The notes beneath the pieces were generated by a model. That model saw only the letters and a list, made by a program, of their open reading frames with translations. It ran no database searches and was not told the origin of the DNA. A DNA stretch of 64,000 nucleotides from Alphaproteobacteria bacterium (lineage in GTDB: Bacteria; Pseudomonadota; Alphaproteobacteria; Bin95), in assembly GCA_965205265.1 (NCBI GenBank), contig CBDBGH010000003.1:2080001-2144000 (forward strand), read 5' to 3'. A program made the position numbers and the translations under genes. Shown here in pieces: positions 41,060 to 50,245 of this stretch; the first letter of the stretch is position 1; every line of letters starts with the position of its first letter.

Positions 41060-42975
41060 CCTGACTTCGACGGTTGATTCGCATAAGTAGTTGATATTGC
41101 CTGGTTCTCATTTCGGCTAGGCACTACATCCGGCATTTCTTCGAGCCGTGCTTCGTCGACGGTCAGGCGAGTTGATACGGGGTGATCGTCAGGGGCAGCC
41201 CCATGGTTGCGTAAATCTGCTCCGCCGCCGGTGTCGGCTTCGAGGGGATGACGTAGCGGTTGCCCGATTGCCGACAGCGCAGCAGGGAGCACTGGCGGTG
41301 GACGAGGGCGGAGCGGATGACCTCCGGGGACATCCGCCGCTTCTGGATGGCGACGCGGTACGCAAGGTGTCGAACGCAGGCGAAGGCCAGGAAGGCGATG
41401 GCGATGTGAGCGCGGATCCGGTCCGGGTTCCAGTGCCAGATGGGACGTATCTTCAGGTCGTGTTTGGTGATCCGGAAGCTCTCCTCGACCTGCCAGAGCC
41501 CCTGGTAGTGAGCCATCACTTCGGTGACGCGCGCGTCGCGCAGATTGGTGATGACGCCGGTGAGCCCGTCCCATCGTGCGGCCTCGGCGATCTTCTCCGG
41601 GTTCACCGTGAGCCGTGCGTCGCCCTCGACGGCGATGAAGCGCTTCGCCCCGTGATTGGAGAGCAGTTCCCTGGGATTGTCGCTGCGGGCCAGCCTGTCG
41701 AGCAGGCGTTCCACCTGATGGCGGCGCTCGTGCGCGTCCTTGCGTGCGCGCTGGGGGCAGAAGACGACGATCAGGCGACGGCCCTTGTACTCCCACTCGC
41801 CGACCCGGCGGTCCTGTGAGCCCTCCAGCGGGGCATAGGTCCCGGGGTCGAGAACCTGCCCCAGCAGCGCGAGCGGCAGCTTGCGCAGCCGCGCGCCGAC
41901 GACATACTCGCCGCCGATGGCGTCCATGGCGTCGAGGTTGTCGGCGCTCAGCATGCCCCGGTCGGCCACGCATACCGTGCGCTCCACCTGGTGGCGGCGC
42001 TGCATGTCCTGCAGGACCGGGACCATGCTGTGTCCCTCGTAGGTGGCGCCGGGGAAGACCTCGTAGCTGATCGGCAGCCCTTCGCGCGTCACCATCAGCG
42101 CCAGCAGAACCTGCGAGTCCTTGTGTTTGCCGTCCTTGCTGAAGCCGTGCTGGCGAAGCTCGTCCTCGGCGGCCGTCTCGAAGTAGAGCGTGGTGCAATC
42201 GAAGAAGAGGATCGCGACCGGCTCCGGCAGCAGCGACCGGCTCGCCTCGCCGACGCGCGTGCGCAGTCGCTCGATCACCGTCGCGTCGAGCTGATCCATC
42301 ATCCGGTAGACCTTCTCGAGCGGAAGACTCACGCCGAAGTCCTCCTCGAGCCGGCGCACGCTGCCCCGCTTGCTGTCGGGGTTGGCTACCCGCGCCATCA
42401 CCACATGGAACAGCGCGTCATGGGAGGCCCGGTAGCGCGAGCGCGGCAGCAGCGCGTCGAGGCCCAGCAGCCGGTAGATCTCGCCATAGACCTCGTGGAT
42501 GCCTGTGATCAGGCGCTGCTCCTCTTCAAGCTGCTTGAGGTCGACCGGGAGTTCCTCCTTGCCGTCCCCCCGGCGGCCGACACGGATCGCCTGCTCAGCG
42601 ATCTTCTCGGGCGCAAACAATGCCGGCTGACGCTCGTCCTCCAGCTTCGCCTTGACGTACTCGCCGAGCTGCCTCAGGCGCTCGAGCTCGTCCTCGTCCA
42701 TGGCCACGCCGACATGGCGGACGATGCGCTGTCGGACCTTGCCGCCGTCGCGCACGGCCTCGACGATCTGGACCGAGCGTCGCGGGCTGTTGGGGGAGGT
42801 CTTGATGCGCACGAACATGGGGGGAGTGTAGCGCGTGGCGGAGGCATTGACAGTCTCAAAGATTTACTAGGCACTACAACGCAGCTTGACCGCACCGCAA
42901 CTGCCAACTCATTGGCTTTACTGAAAACTCCAGACGCGAGATCGGTCAGAAGTCAGCCCAACCGTCGAAGTCAGG
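41060..42975 (-). mobile_element. IS1634-family insertion sequence, copy 2 (1916 bp)
   Basis: Perfect 17-bp IRs CCTGACTTCGACGGTTG. Confidence 0.93.
41163..42818 (-). CDS. IS1634-family DDE transposase
   Basis: Protein identical to that of copy 1. Confidence 0.93.
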   Translation of the reverse strand: MFVRIKTSPNSPRRSVQIVEAVRDGGKVRQRIVRHVGVAMDEDELERLRQLGEYVKAKLEDERQPALFAPEKIAEQAIRVGRRGDGKEELPVDLKQLEEEQRLITGIHEVYGEIYRLLGLDALLPRSRYRASHDALFHVVMARVANPDSKRGSVRRLEEDFGVSLPLEKVYRMMDQLDATVIERLRTRVGEASRSLLPEPVAILFFDCTTLYFETAAEDELRQHGFSKDGKHKDSQVLLALMVTREGLPISYEVFPGATYEGHSMVPVLQDMQRRHQVERTVCVADRGMLSADNLDAMDAIGGEYVVGARLRKLPLALLGQVLDPGTYAPLEGSQDRRVGEWEYKGRRLIVVFCPQRARKDAHERRHQVERLLDRLARSDNPRELLSNHGAKRFIAVEGDARLTVNPEKIAEAARWDGLTGVITNLRDARVTEVMAHYQGLWQVEESFRITKHDLKIRPIWHWNPDRIRAHIAIAFLAFACVRHLAYRVAIQKRRMSPEVIRSALVHRQCSLLRCRQSGNRYVIPSKPTPAAEQIYATMGLPLTITPYQLA

Positions 42976-43068
42976 AGTGTTCATCGCCATATCCATGTAT
43001 GCGAGCTGGATGTCCGTTAGTCCTCTCGCAACACAGGGGAGCATCGCATCGGATGTCTCGGCGCACCG
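42976..43068. repeat. 93-bp direct repeat, right of IS1634 copy 2
   Basis: Identical to 40967-41059. Confidence 0.95.
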
Positions 43069-43473
43069 GATTCTGTCGGACCTGTCGGCATTTAGCGGTT
43101 GCCGCATTGTCGCCGCCGGGGACCTGAACATGTTCTACGGGGCGTGCGGAAAAAGGTTGTCCATGCCCTGTCGCGAGCGAACGGTCTGGGAGCGGTTTAA
43201 GGCCCTCGGGCTCGAACTCCTGGGGCCGCAACTTCCGAATGGCCGTCCATCGGCGAAGCCTCAGCCCGACGTTCCGGCGGATACCGGAAATGTCCCGACA
43301 TACTATACCCCAAAGGAGAAATGTCCGGCGAACGCCCGCCGTCAACTTGACTACGCCTTCGCCTCGCGCGGCTTCCACAAACAGGTGAAGGTCCGCGCGC
43401 TCAACGGCATTGACGAGTGGGGTCCGAGCGACCATTGCCGGCTGCTGATCGAGGTCGCCGCGGGCTGAAGGCT

Positions 43474-43539
43474 TCCCTTCCGCCAGCATAGCGCGCGCAG
43501 GGCGCAGGGCGTATAGGCCGCCGGCGCGAAAGGAGGGGG
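43474..43539. repeat. Promoter-containing repeat R2
   Basis: Matches R1 (59/66) and the R3 core (34/36). Confidence 0.85.
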
Positions 43540-43546
43540 GCTGAGA

Positions 43547-44806
43547 TTGATCCGGGTCATAAGCTGGAATGTCGCCAAACGGGGCGCCCCATGGCGCTGG
43601 CTGGCGAAAATGGCGGAGCGCGGCGAGGCCGATGTCGCGCTGCTACAGGAAGCCAGGAGCCCGCCGGAAGGTCTACCGCACCCGGTTCGCTACGAGAACG
43701 AAATGCACTGGGACCGGTCCTTCTTCGACCGCTGGCCCTTGGTGGTCCAGTTGTCGGACCGGGTCGAGGTCGAATGGTTCCGGCAGGTTCCACCGTGGAG
43801 CGAACTGGGCGAGCGGGAGATCGGCTCCAGCGGCATTGGGATAATGGCTGCCGCGAGAGTGGCGCCGGTCGGAAGGCCGGAACAGGCATTCATCGCAATC
43901 TCGATGTATGCGCGATGGACGAGATCTCATCCGTCCGTCGGAAGGAACCCGATGATCCACGTCGATCTCTCGGCGCACCGTATCCTCTCGGACCTGTCGA
44001 CCTTCATCAACTATGCGGACCCTTCCCGACACCGCATTCTCGCAGCGGGTGACCTCAATCTGGTCTACACCACAACGGGCGACGGCCCGTCGTTCAGGCG
44101 CTATCGCACTGTGTGGGACCGCTTCGAGGCGCTCGGCCTTGAGTTCCTCGGGCCGCAGGCCCCGAACGGACGCCAGCCGGGGCTGCCCCAGCCGGGTACG
44201 AGCGCCGATACGAAGAATGTTCCGACATACTACACCGCGCGCCAGAGACGCGCGGAGAACGCGGTCCGCCAACTGGACTATGTCTTCGCCTCGCGCGGCT
44301 TCCACGAACAGGTTGCGGTGCGGGCGCTCAATGGCGTGGAGGAGTGGGGTCCGAGCGACCATTGCCGGTTGTCGATCGAGATATCCGCGCCCAAGCCGCC
44401 GGTTCCGCGCCGCAGGCTCACTGTTGACGCGGTCCGCCACCGGGCTGTCGATGCGGGCGTAGGCGTGCAGTTCGACCGTTTCGTGGCGATGGCGGAGAAA
44501 GCCGGTCTGTGGGTTCGGCCGTGGGCCTTGTCCGTGACAATCGCGCCGCCGAACCAACGCAACCGGACCCTGATGTATGCGCGATCGGAGTCCGGCGACG
44601 AGGGCGGCAGGTTGCATATCTGGGTCGCACCGGGACCGCTTGTCGAGTTCTTTCCGCATCTGCGCGAACAGGAGATTATCGAGGCTCTGGCTATGAGCGA
44701 GTCGGACTGGCAGAGTTCGGGCGGCGAGAAACTCGACGAGCTCCTCGACCGAATCGAGCGTTTCCTGAAGGACGAGCTCCCGCAGCCGGACGCCGGCGGC
44801 GGGTAG
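43547..44806 (+). CDS. EEP-family nuclease 2 with a C-terminal extension of about 130 aa
   Basis: ISWNV, LLQEA, SMY, AGDLN, QLDY, SDH; TTG start after AGGAGG. Confidence 0.88.
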   Translation: MIRVISWNVAKRGAPWRWLAKMAERGEADVALLQEARSPPEGLPHPVRYENEMHWDRSFFDRWPLVVQLSDRVEVEWFRQVPPWSELGEREIGSSGIGIMAAARVAPVGRPEQAFIAISMYARWTRSHPSVGRNPMIHVDLSAHRILSDLSTFINYADPSRHRILAAGDLNLVYTTTGDGPSFRRYRTVWDRFEALGLEFLGPQAPNGRQPGLPQPGTSADTKNVPTYYTARQRRAENAVRQLDYVFASRGFHEQVAVRALNGVEEWGPSDHCRLSIEISAPKPPVPRRRLTVDAVRHRAVDAGVGVQFDRFVAMAEKAGLWVRPWALSVTIAPPNQRNRTLMYARSESGDEGGRLHIWVAPGPLVEFFPHLREQEIIEALAMSESDWQSSGGEKLDELLDRIERFLKDELPQPDAGGG

Positions 44807-44815
44807 CGCGCCCGC

Positions 44816-44851
44816 CATAGCGCGCGCCGGGCGCAGGGCGTATAAGCCGCC
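44816..44851. repeat. Promoter-containing repeat R3 (core only)
   Basis: CATAGCGCGCGCCGGGCGCAGGGCGTATAAGCCGCC, ending 7 nt before the MFS ATG. Confidence 0.85.
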
Positions 44852-44858
44852 CGCACCC

Positions 44859-46403
44859 ATGTCCGACACCGCCGCCCCCGCCGCGCCCGCCGCCGCGCAG
44901 CCCGAATACACCGAGCTGCAGCGCTGGCTGACGCTGATAACGGTCACGCTCGCCACCACGCTCTACGCGATGACGGTGACGATCGCCAATGTGGCCCTGC
45001 CCAAGATGCAGGGCACCTTCGGCGCGACCCAGGACGAGATCGCCTGGGTCGTCACCTTCAACATCATCGCCACGGCCGTGATGACGCCGGCCACCGGCTG
45101 GCTGGCGGAAAAGGTCGGGCGGCGCAATGTCATGGTCTGGGGCATCGCGGTCTTCACCCTGGTCTCCGCCGGCTGCGGCCTCGCCGAGAGCCTGGAGCAG
45201 CTGGTCTTCTTCCGCATCCTGCAGGGGCTTGCGGGCGCGCCGCTGGTGCCCGTCAGCCAGGCCATCGTGATGACGATCTTCCCGCGCGAGCGCCACGGCA
45301 CCGCGCTCGCGGTCTGGGGCATCGGCGTCACCATCGGGCCGATCATCGCGCCGACGCTCGGCGGCTATGTCACCGAGCTCTACAACTGGCGCTGGATCTT
45401 CTTCCTGCTGGTGCCGGTGGGCATGGTCGCGTTCCTCTGCGCGGCCGCCTTTGTGCGCCGCCGCGCGCAGCGCCACCCGACGACGCTCGACTGGACGGGC
45501 TTCATCGCGCTCTCGCTCGCCATCGCCGCCCTGCAGCTCATGCTCGACCGGGGCGAGCGGCTCGGCTGGTTCAACTCCAACGAGATCGTCCTTGAGGCGT
45601 TCGTCGCCTGCCTCGCCTTCTATGTGTTCGTCGCCCACATCTTCACGACCGACCGCCCCTTCCTGCAGCCGCGCATCCTCACCAACCGCAATTTCGTCAT
45701 CGGGCTGGCGCTCACCTTCGTGTTCGGCCTGCTCAATTTCACGCCCATGGTGCTGTTCCCCTCGCTGCTGCAGGGCCTGCGCGGCTATCCGGACAGCATC
45801 ATCGGCTACCTGCTGGCGGTGCGGGGCCTCGGCACCTTCTGCGGCTTCCTGTTCATCATGTTCTACGGCCAGCGCATCGATCCGCGCCTGCTGCTGCTCG
45901 CGGGCTTCCTCACCCAGGGCATTTCCGGGCTCGCCATGGCACAGTTCGACATCAACCTCACCACCTTCGGCGTCGCCTGGACTTCCATGCTGCAGGGCTT
46001 CGGCGTCGGGCTGATCTGGGTGCCGCTCTCGATCGCGACCTTCTGGACGCTCGCGCCCCAGGACATGACCGAAGGCACGGCGGTCTTCCACCTCATGCGC
46101 AATATCGGCTCGTCCATCCACATCTCGCTGTCGGTGGCGCTGGTGATCCACACGGCCAAGATGAGCTATTCCGAGCTTTCCAGCTTCGCGACGCCTTACA
46201 ACGACGCGCTCGGCCGGGCCGCGTCGGAGGGACCGTGGAGCCTGGAGGGCGGGGCCGGCATGGCGGCGCTGGTGCGCGAGATCGGCCGCCAGGCGCAGAT
46301 GATCGGCTATGTGAACGCCTTCTACTTCTTCGCCGCCACGGCCTTCGTGTGCATCCCGCTCCTCTTCTTCGTCCGCAAGCCGACGGCGGCGACGGCGGGG
46401 TAA
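44859..46403 (+). CDS. DHA2/EmrB-family MFS efflux transporter
   Basis: TIANVALP, GWLAEKVGRR, RILQG, GPIIAPTLGG..WRWIF; 14-TM pattern. Confidence 0.92.
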   Translation: MSDTAAPAAPAAAQPEYTELQRWLTLITVTLATTLYAMTVTIANVALPKMQGTFGATQDEIAWVVTFNIIATAVMTPATGWLAEKVGRRNVMVWGIAVFTLVSAGCGLAESLEQLVFFRILQGLAGAPLVPVSQAIVMTIFPRERHGTALAVWGIGVTIGPIIAPTLGGYVTELYNWRWIFFLLVPVGMVAFLCAAAFVRRRAQRHPTTLDWTGFIALSLAIAALQLMLDRGERLGWFNSNEIVLEAFVACLAFYVFVAHIFTTDRPFLQPRILTNRNFVIGLALTFVFGLLNFTPMVLFPSLLQGLRGYPDSIIGYLLAVRGLGTFCGFLFIMFYGQRIDPRLLLLAGFLTQGISGLAMAQFDINLTTFGVAWTSMLQGFGVGLIWVPLSIATFWTLAPQDMTEGTAVFHLMRNIGSSIHISLSVALVIHTAKMSYSELSSFATPYNDALGRAASEGPWSLEGGAGMAALVREIGRQAQMIGYVNAFYFFAATAFVCIPLLFFVRKPTAATAG

Positions 46404-46435
46404 TACGAAGCCCGTTCAGGCTGAAACGGAAGTCC

Positions 46436-46597
46436 GGCCGTCCCTCGATACGCGGCTGTGCCGCTACTCGGGATGAGGGAAGCCCAGGAGCTCTGCGTTC
46501 CTCCCTGTCCCTTACCCTGAGTAGCGCCCGCGCCGCGTCGTCCCATTCCTTACCCTGAGTAGCGTCTGCGTCAGCGGGCGCGTATCGAAGGGCCGCC
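46436..46597. repeat. REP/REPIN-like inverted repeat pair between convergent genes
   Basis: 46436-46480 is an imperfect reverse complement of 46547-46597 (GAGTAGCG..CGCGTATCGA); CCTTACCCTGAGTAGCG is duplicated at 46510 and 46548. Confidence 0.75.
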
Positions 46598-46627
46598 GCG
46601 GCGCTTGAGGGCAGTCGATGGTTACCG

Positions 46628-47503
46628 CTACGGCCCGCCCGCCGCCGCGACGACCGCCGCCAGCCCCCGCCAGTCCGGCGGGCCGGCGGCGGCTATCGGC
46701 TGGATGCAGACCTGGTCGGCGCCGGCGTCGAAATGCGCGCGGAGCCGCGCGGCCACGTCCCCGGCGCTGCCCCATGCGACCATGGCGTCCATCAGCCGGT
46801 CGGAGCCGCCGTTCTCCATGTCCTCCGTCCCGAAGCCGCTGCGGAGCCAGTTGTTGCGGTAATTGTCGAGCGTCATGTAGCGCGCGAGTTCCTTGCGCGC
46901 CGCCGCCCGCGCCGCGCCGGCGTCTTCTGAGAGGCAGATTTTCTGCTCGACCGCGAGCCAGCGGCCGGGGCCGAGCATGGCGCGGGCGCGTTCCGTGTGC
47001 TCCGGCGTGACATTGTAGGGGATGGCCCCCCGGCAGAGTTCTGCGGCGAGTTCCAGCATGCGCGGCCCGAGCGCGGCGATCACGACGGGCCGGTCCGGAT
47101 CGTCGAGCGGCGGCCCGTCGGCGGCAGCGATGCCCTCCAGGTAACGCCGCATGGTCGCCACGGGGCCGGCGTAGCGGTGGCCGCGCAGGCCCTCGACCAG
47201 CGGCGGGTGGCTGACGCCGAGGCCGAGCACGAAGCGCCCGCCGGAGAGGTCCGCCAGCGTGCGCCGCCCGTTGCGCGCCGTGACGGGATCGCGGGCGTAG
47301 ATATTGGCGATGGAGCTGCCGACCGCGATCCGCGAGGACTGCGCCAGCAGGAAGCTCGCCAGCGCGAGGCTCTCGTAACCCGTCGATTCCGGATACCAGA
47401 GATGCGAGCAACCGAGCGCCTCCGCGCTCCGCACCAGATCACCGAGCCCCGCCCCGTCCAGCCGGTCGGTCGGATACCAGAAGCCGAAACGTCCGTAATG
47501 CAT
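46628..47503 (-). CDS. Luciferase-like (LLM) oxidoreductase, probably F420-dependent class
   Basis: LWYPE, SSIANIYARDP, GRFVLGLGVSH, AALGPRML. Confidence 0.88.
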   Translation of the reverse strand: MHYGRFGFWYPTDRLDGAGLGDLVRSAEALGCSHLWYPESTGYESLALASFLLAQSSRIAVGSSIANIYARDPVTARNGRRTLADLSGGRFVLGLGVSHPPLVEGLRGHRYAGPVATMRRYLEGIAAADGPPLDDPDRPVVIAALGPRMLELAAELCRGAIPYNVTPEHTERARAMLGPGRWLAVEQKICLSEDAGAARAAARKELARYMTLDNYRNNWLRSGFGTEDMENGGSDRLMDAMVAWGSAGDVAARLRAHFDAGADQVCIQPIAAAGPPDWRGLAAVVAAAGGP

Positions 47504-47608
47504 GTCGGGAATGTTCCTTTCCGTCGGGGCGCTGCGCCGTCTCCCGCAGCATAACGCATGGGAGAAGGCGCCAGAGAGGGGCTGCCCGGGCTTGAGTCAT
47601 GAGGCTCC

Positions 47609-47637
47609 TTTACGCAAAACGTAACGGCGGCTAAGGT
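47609..47637 (+). promoter_or_regulatory. higBA promoter and operator
   Basis: TTTACG-17 nt-TAAGGT; palindrome TTACG-caaaa-CGTAA (47610-47624) overlaps the -35; ATG is 8 nt after the -10. Confidence 0.65.
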
Positions 47638-47645
47638 TCACGCAA

Positions 47646-47924
47646 ATGATAAGGAGCTTCAGGGACAGGGAGACGAGGCGTTTCTTCGAAGGCCGGCGTG
47701 TCGCCGCTTTTCACGGCATCGCCGAGCGGGCAGCCCGCCGGCTGACCCTGTTGGACAGCGCGGAGACGCTACGCGACCTCGCTGCGCTGCCGAGCAACCG
47801 GCTGGAAACGCTGCGCGGCGACCGCGCCGGCCAGCACAGCATCCGGATTAACAGGCAATGGCGCATTTGTTTCCGCTGGACCGACGAAGGACCGTGCAAC
47901 GTGGAAATCGTGGACTACCATTGA
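47646..47924 (+). CDS. higB: HigB (RelE-like) toxin
   Basis: MIRSFRDRET...NRLETLRGDRAGQHSIRINRQWRICFRW...VEIVDYH. Confidence 0.93.
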   Translation: MIRSFRDRETRRFFEGRRVAAFHGIAERAARRLTLLDSAETLRDLAALPSNRLETLRGDRAGQHSIRINRQWRICFRWTDEGPCNVEIVDYH

Positions 47925-47943
47925 ACACTGAAGGGGTGCGGGC

Positions 47944-48249
47944 ATGAATGCGAGGAATGGCATGCGGCCGGTCCATCCGGGCGAAGTTCTGCGCGAGGAA
48001 CTTGATGAACTCGGCCTCTCGGCCAATGCGCTGGCGAGGGCGCTCGGCGTACCGACTAATCGGGTGACGGCAATCCTGAACGGCCAGAGAGGCGTGAGCG
48101 CCGACACGGCGCTCAGGCTTGCGCGGTATTTCGGCACCACGCCGCAGCTTTGGATGAACCTGCAAAAGACCTGGGAGCTTCGCCGGGCGGAAATCGAGTT
48201 GGGCCGGGAGATCGCGGCATGCGTGACGCCCCGGCAATCGGCTGCGTAG
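47944..48249 (+). CDS. higA: HigA antitoxin (XRE HTH)
   Basis: HPGEVLREE..LSANALARAL...SADTALRLARYFGT..WMNLQ. Confidence 0.93.
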   Translation: MNARNGMRPVHPGEVLREELDELGLSANALARALGVPTNRVTAILNGQRGVSADTALRLARYFGTTPQLWMNLQKTWELRRAEIELGREIAACVTPRQSAA

Positions 48250-48301
48250 CTTATATGCGACCGGTCGGGAGCGTGTCCCGCCCGACCTGGCAGGGAAACC
48301 G

Positions 48302-48586
48302 TCAGCCGGCCTTTTCGGTGGTCGGGTCGATGGTCTTGCCGATGGGCGTCACCTTCGTCGCGGGGAAGCCGCTCATCTCGGCATGCCTGTGGATGATGGC
48401 TTCGTCCTTGGCCAGATAGACGCAGAAGGTCTTGTCCGCGGCGACGAAGCTCTCCACCCACTGGATGTCCGGCCCGAGCGCCGTCAGCACCTCGTTCGAC
48501 TTCGCCGCGGCCTCCGCCAACTGCCGGCGCTCCAGCGTCCCGACCTCGGGAATGTCGCGTTCGATGATGTATCTGTTGAGCGCCAT
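48302..48586 (-). CDS. DUF4242-like small protein
   Basis: RYIIERDIP...IQWVESFV..DKTFCVYLA..IHRHAEMSGFPA. Confidence 0.85.
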   Translation of the reverse strand: MALNRYIIERDIPEVGTLERRQLAEAAAKSNEVLTALGPDIQWVESFVAADKTFCVYLAKDEAIIHRHAEMSGFPATKVTPIGKTIDPTTEKAG

Positions 48587-48726
48587 GACGCCCTCCCGTC
48601 TTCCTGTTCGCGGGTGCCGCGGCCCAAGCGCGCGGCGGAGGCGCAGGTTAGCGCAATTCCGCTGGCGGCGGCTCGACGCCGCGTGCGGCGCCTGCGACAA
48701 TACGCGGCTGAGGAGGAGCCGCACCC

Positions 48727-49146
48727 ATGTCCGAAGCCATGACCGAAGCGAAGATCGTCCGCCTTTCCGAGACGGAGACCGTGCCGTTTGCGCCGGATTC
48801 CTTCTACAACCCCATCCTGCTCGGCGAGGAGGCCGGATTCCCGATCCGGGTCGGCATCCAGACAGCCGAGCCCGGCTACGAGCCGGGGCTGCATGCACAC
48901 CCCTATGTCGAGATCCTGCACATCCTGGAAGGCAGCTGCGATGTCTGGCTGGAGGGCGCGGAGGAGGACCGGACTCGCCTCGAAGCCGGCGACACGGTCG
49001 CCCTGCCCCCGGAGCGCCGGCATAATTTCGCTGCCGTCGGCGACAGGCCGATGCGGCTCATGGGCATCCACCTCAGCCCGAAGCGGATCGTGAACTACCG
49101 CGACGGCGCGTCCGACGAGCACGGCTACCCGATCCACCGCCGGTGA
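48727..49146 (+). CDS. Cupin-domain protein
   Basis: HAHPYVEILHILEG...GDTVALP..RHNF. Confidence 0.85.
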   Translation: MSEAMTEAKIVRLSETETVPFAPDSFYNPILLGEEAGFPIRVGIQTAEPGYEPGLHAHPYVEILHILEGSCDVWLEGAEEDRTRLEAGDTVALPPERRHNFAAVGDRPMRLMGIHLSPKRIVNYRDGASDEHGYPIHRR

Positions 49147-50192
49147 GCGATGTCGCGGCGGCGGCCGCCCGCCTGATCCGCGGCCGGGACGACCTGCGCC
49201 GCCGCCGGGACTATCCGCCGGACCTCTGGCAGGGCCTCGCCGAAGCCGGCCTGCTCGGCCTCACCGTTCCCGGGGAATACGGGGGCCGGGGCCGGGACCT
49301 CGAACGGCTTGCCGACGATTGCCGGGACATGGTGCGCCACGGCCGCAGCCTCGGCGCCATGCTCGCCTGGAAGGTGCATTGCACGCTCTGCCTTTTCGCT
49401 ATCGCCCGCCTCGGCGACGAGGCGCAGAAGCAGGCATGGCTGCCCCGCCTGGCGACGGGCGAAACCACGCTGGCGGCGGCGATCTCAGAGCCCGGCGCCG
49501 GCGCGCACCCCAAATATCTGAAGGCGCGGGCGGAGCAGCAGCCGGACGGCGGCTGGCGGCTCGACGGCGAGAAAGCCTGGATCACCAACGGCCCCGCGGC
49601 CGGCCTCTTCATCGTGGTGGCGGTCAAGGACGAGAGCGGCGGGCGCAAGCGTTTCGGCGCCTTCCTCGCGCCGGCGGACGCGCCGGGCCTTGCGCGCACG
49701 GAGGCCGGCGCGGTCGAGTTCCTGCGCCCGACCGGCCATTGCGGCCTCAGTCTCCACGATGTCCGCCTGCCCGCCTCGGCGGAGCTCGCCCCGGATACCG
49801 ACATATGGAGCGCGTTTGCCCGGCCGCTGCGCAATGTCGAAGACCTGCTGAAGCTGGGTTCGCAGCGGGGCGCGATGGAGGCGCTGCTAGACGATGCGGC
49901 CGCGGCGGGCCTCGACGACGAAACCCTGGGCGGGCTTGCGGCGCGGCTGGTGTCCTTCGAGGCGCTGGCCGCGCTGCCCGGCAGGGACGAGGCCCGCCTG
50001 CTCGCGGCGCGCTACCAGCAGCGCGATTTCCTCCTCGCCTATGAGGCGCTGGAGCTGCCGGAAGACCCGGCGCGGGCGGCGCTGATCGCCGACATGAAGG
50101 CCTCCGGGAGCGTCGCCGGCAGGGTCCATGCCATCCGCCTCGCCGCGCTCGGCCGCGAGACGCGCGGGGCCGCCGCCGCCGATTCCCCCTGA
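49143..50192 (+). CDS. Acyl-CoA dehydrogenase family protein with a short C-terminal domain
   Basis: GLTVPGEYGG, AISEPGAG, WRLDGEKAWITNG. Confidence 0.82.
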   Translation: MSDVAAAAARLIRGRDDLRRRRDYPPDLWQGLAEAGLLGLTVPGEYGGRGRDLERLADDCRDMVRHGRSLGAMLAWKVHCTLCLFAIARLGDEAQKQAWLPRLATGETTLAAAISEPGAGAHPKYLKARAEQQPDGGWRLDGEKAWITNGPAAGLFIVVAVKDESGGRKRFGAFLAPADAPGLARTEAGAVEFLRPTGHCGLSLHDVRLPASAELAPDTDIWSAFARPLRNVEDLLKLGSQRGAMEALLDDAAAAGLDDETLGGLAARLVSFEALAALPGRDEARLLAARYQQRDFLLAYEALELPEDPARAALIADMKASGSVAGRVHAIRLAALGRETRGAAAADSP

Positions 50193-50245
50193 AGCGCAAA
50201 GGCTATAGCTTGACCCGCATCCCGGCGCCGGAGAGGAAGCGCGGC

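Larger units (their letters stand above)
40626..43468 (+). pseudogene. EEP (exonuclease/endonuclease/phosphatase) family nuclease 1, split by IS1634 copy 2
   Basis: WN and LLQEA in the 5' part; AGDLN, QLDY and SDH in the 3' part. Removing the IS and one 93-bp repeat rejoins the frame. Confidence 0.88.

Noticed and set aside
42973-43000. New SD (AGGAG) at the IS junction driving the C-terminal EEP1 half
   Set aside because: It overlaps the GTG at 42977 and is 17 nt from the next ATG; the spacing is unsuitable.
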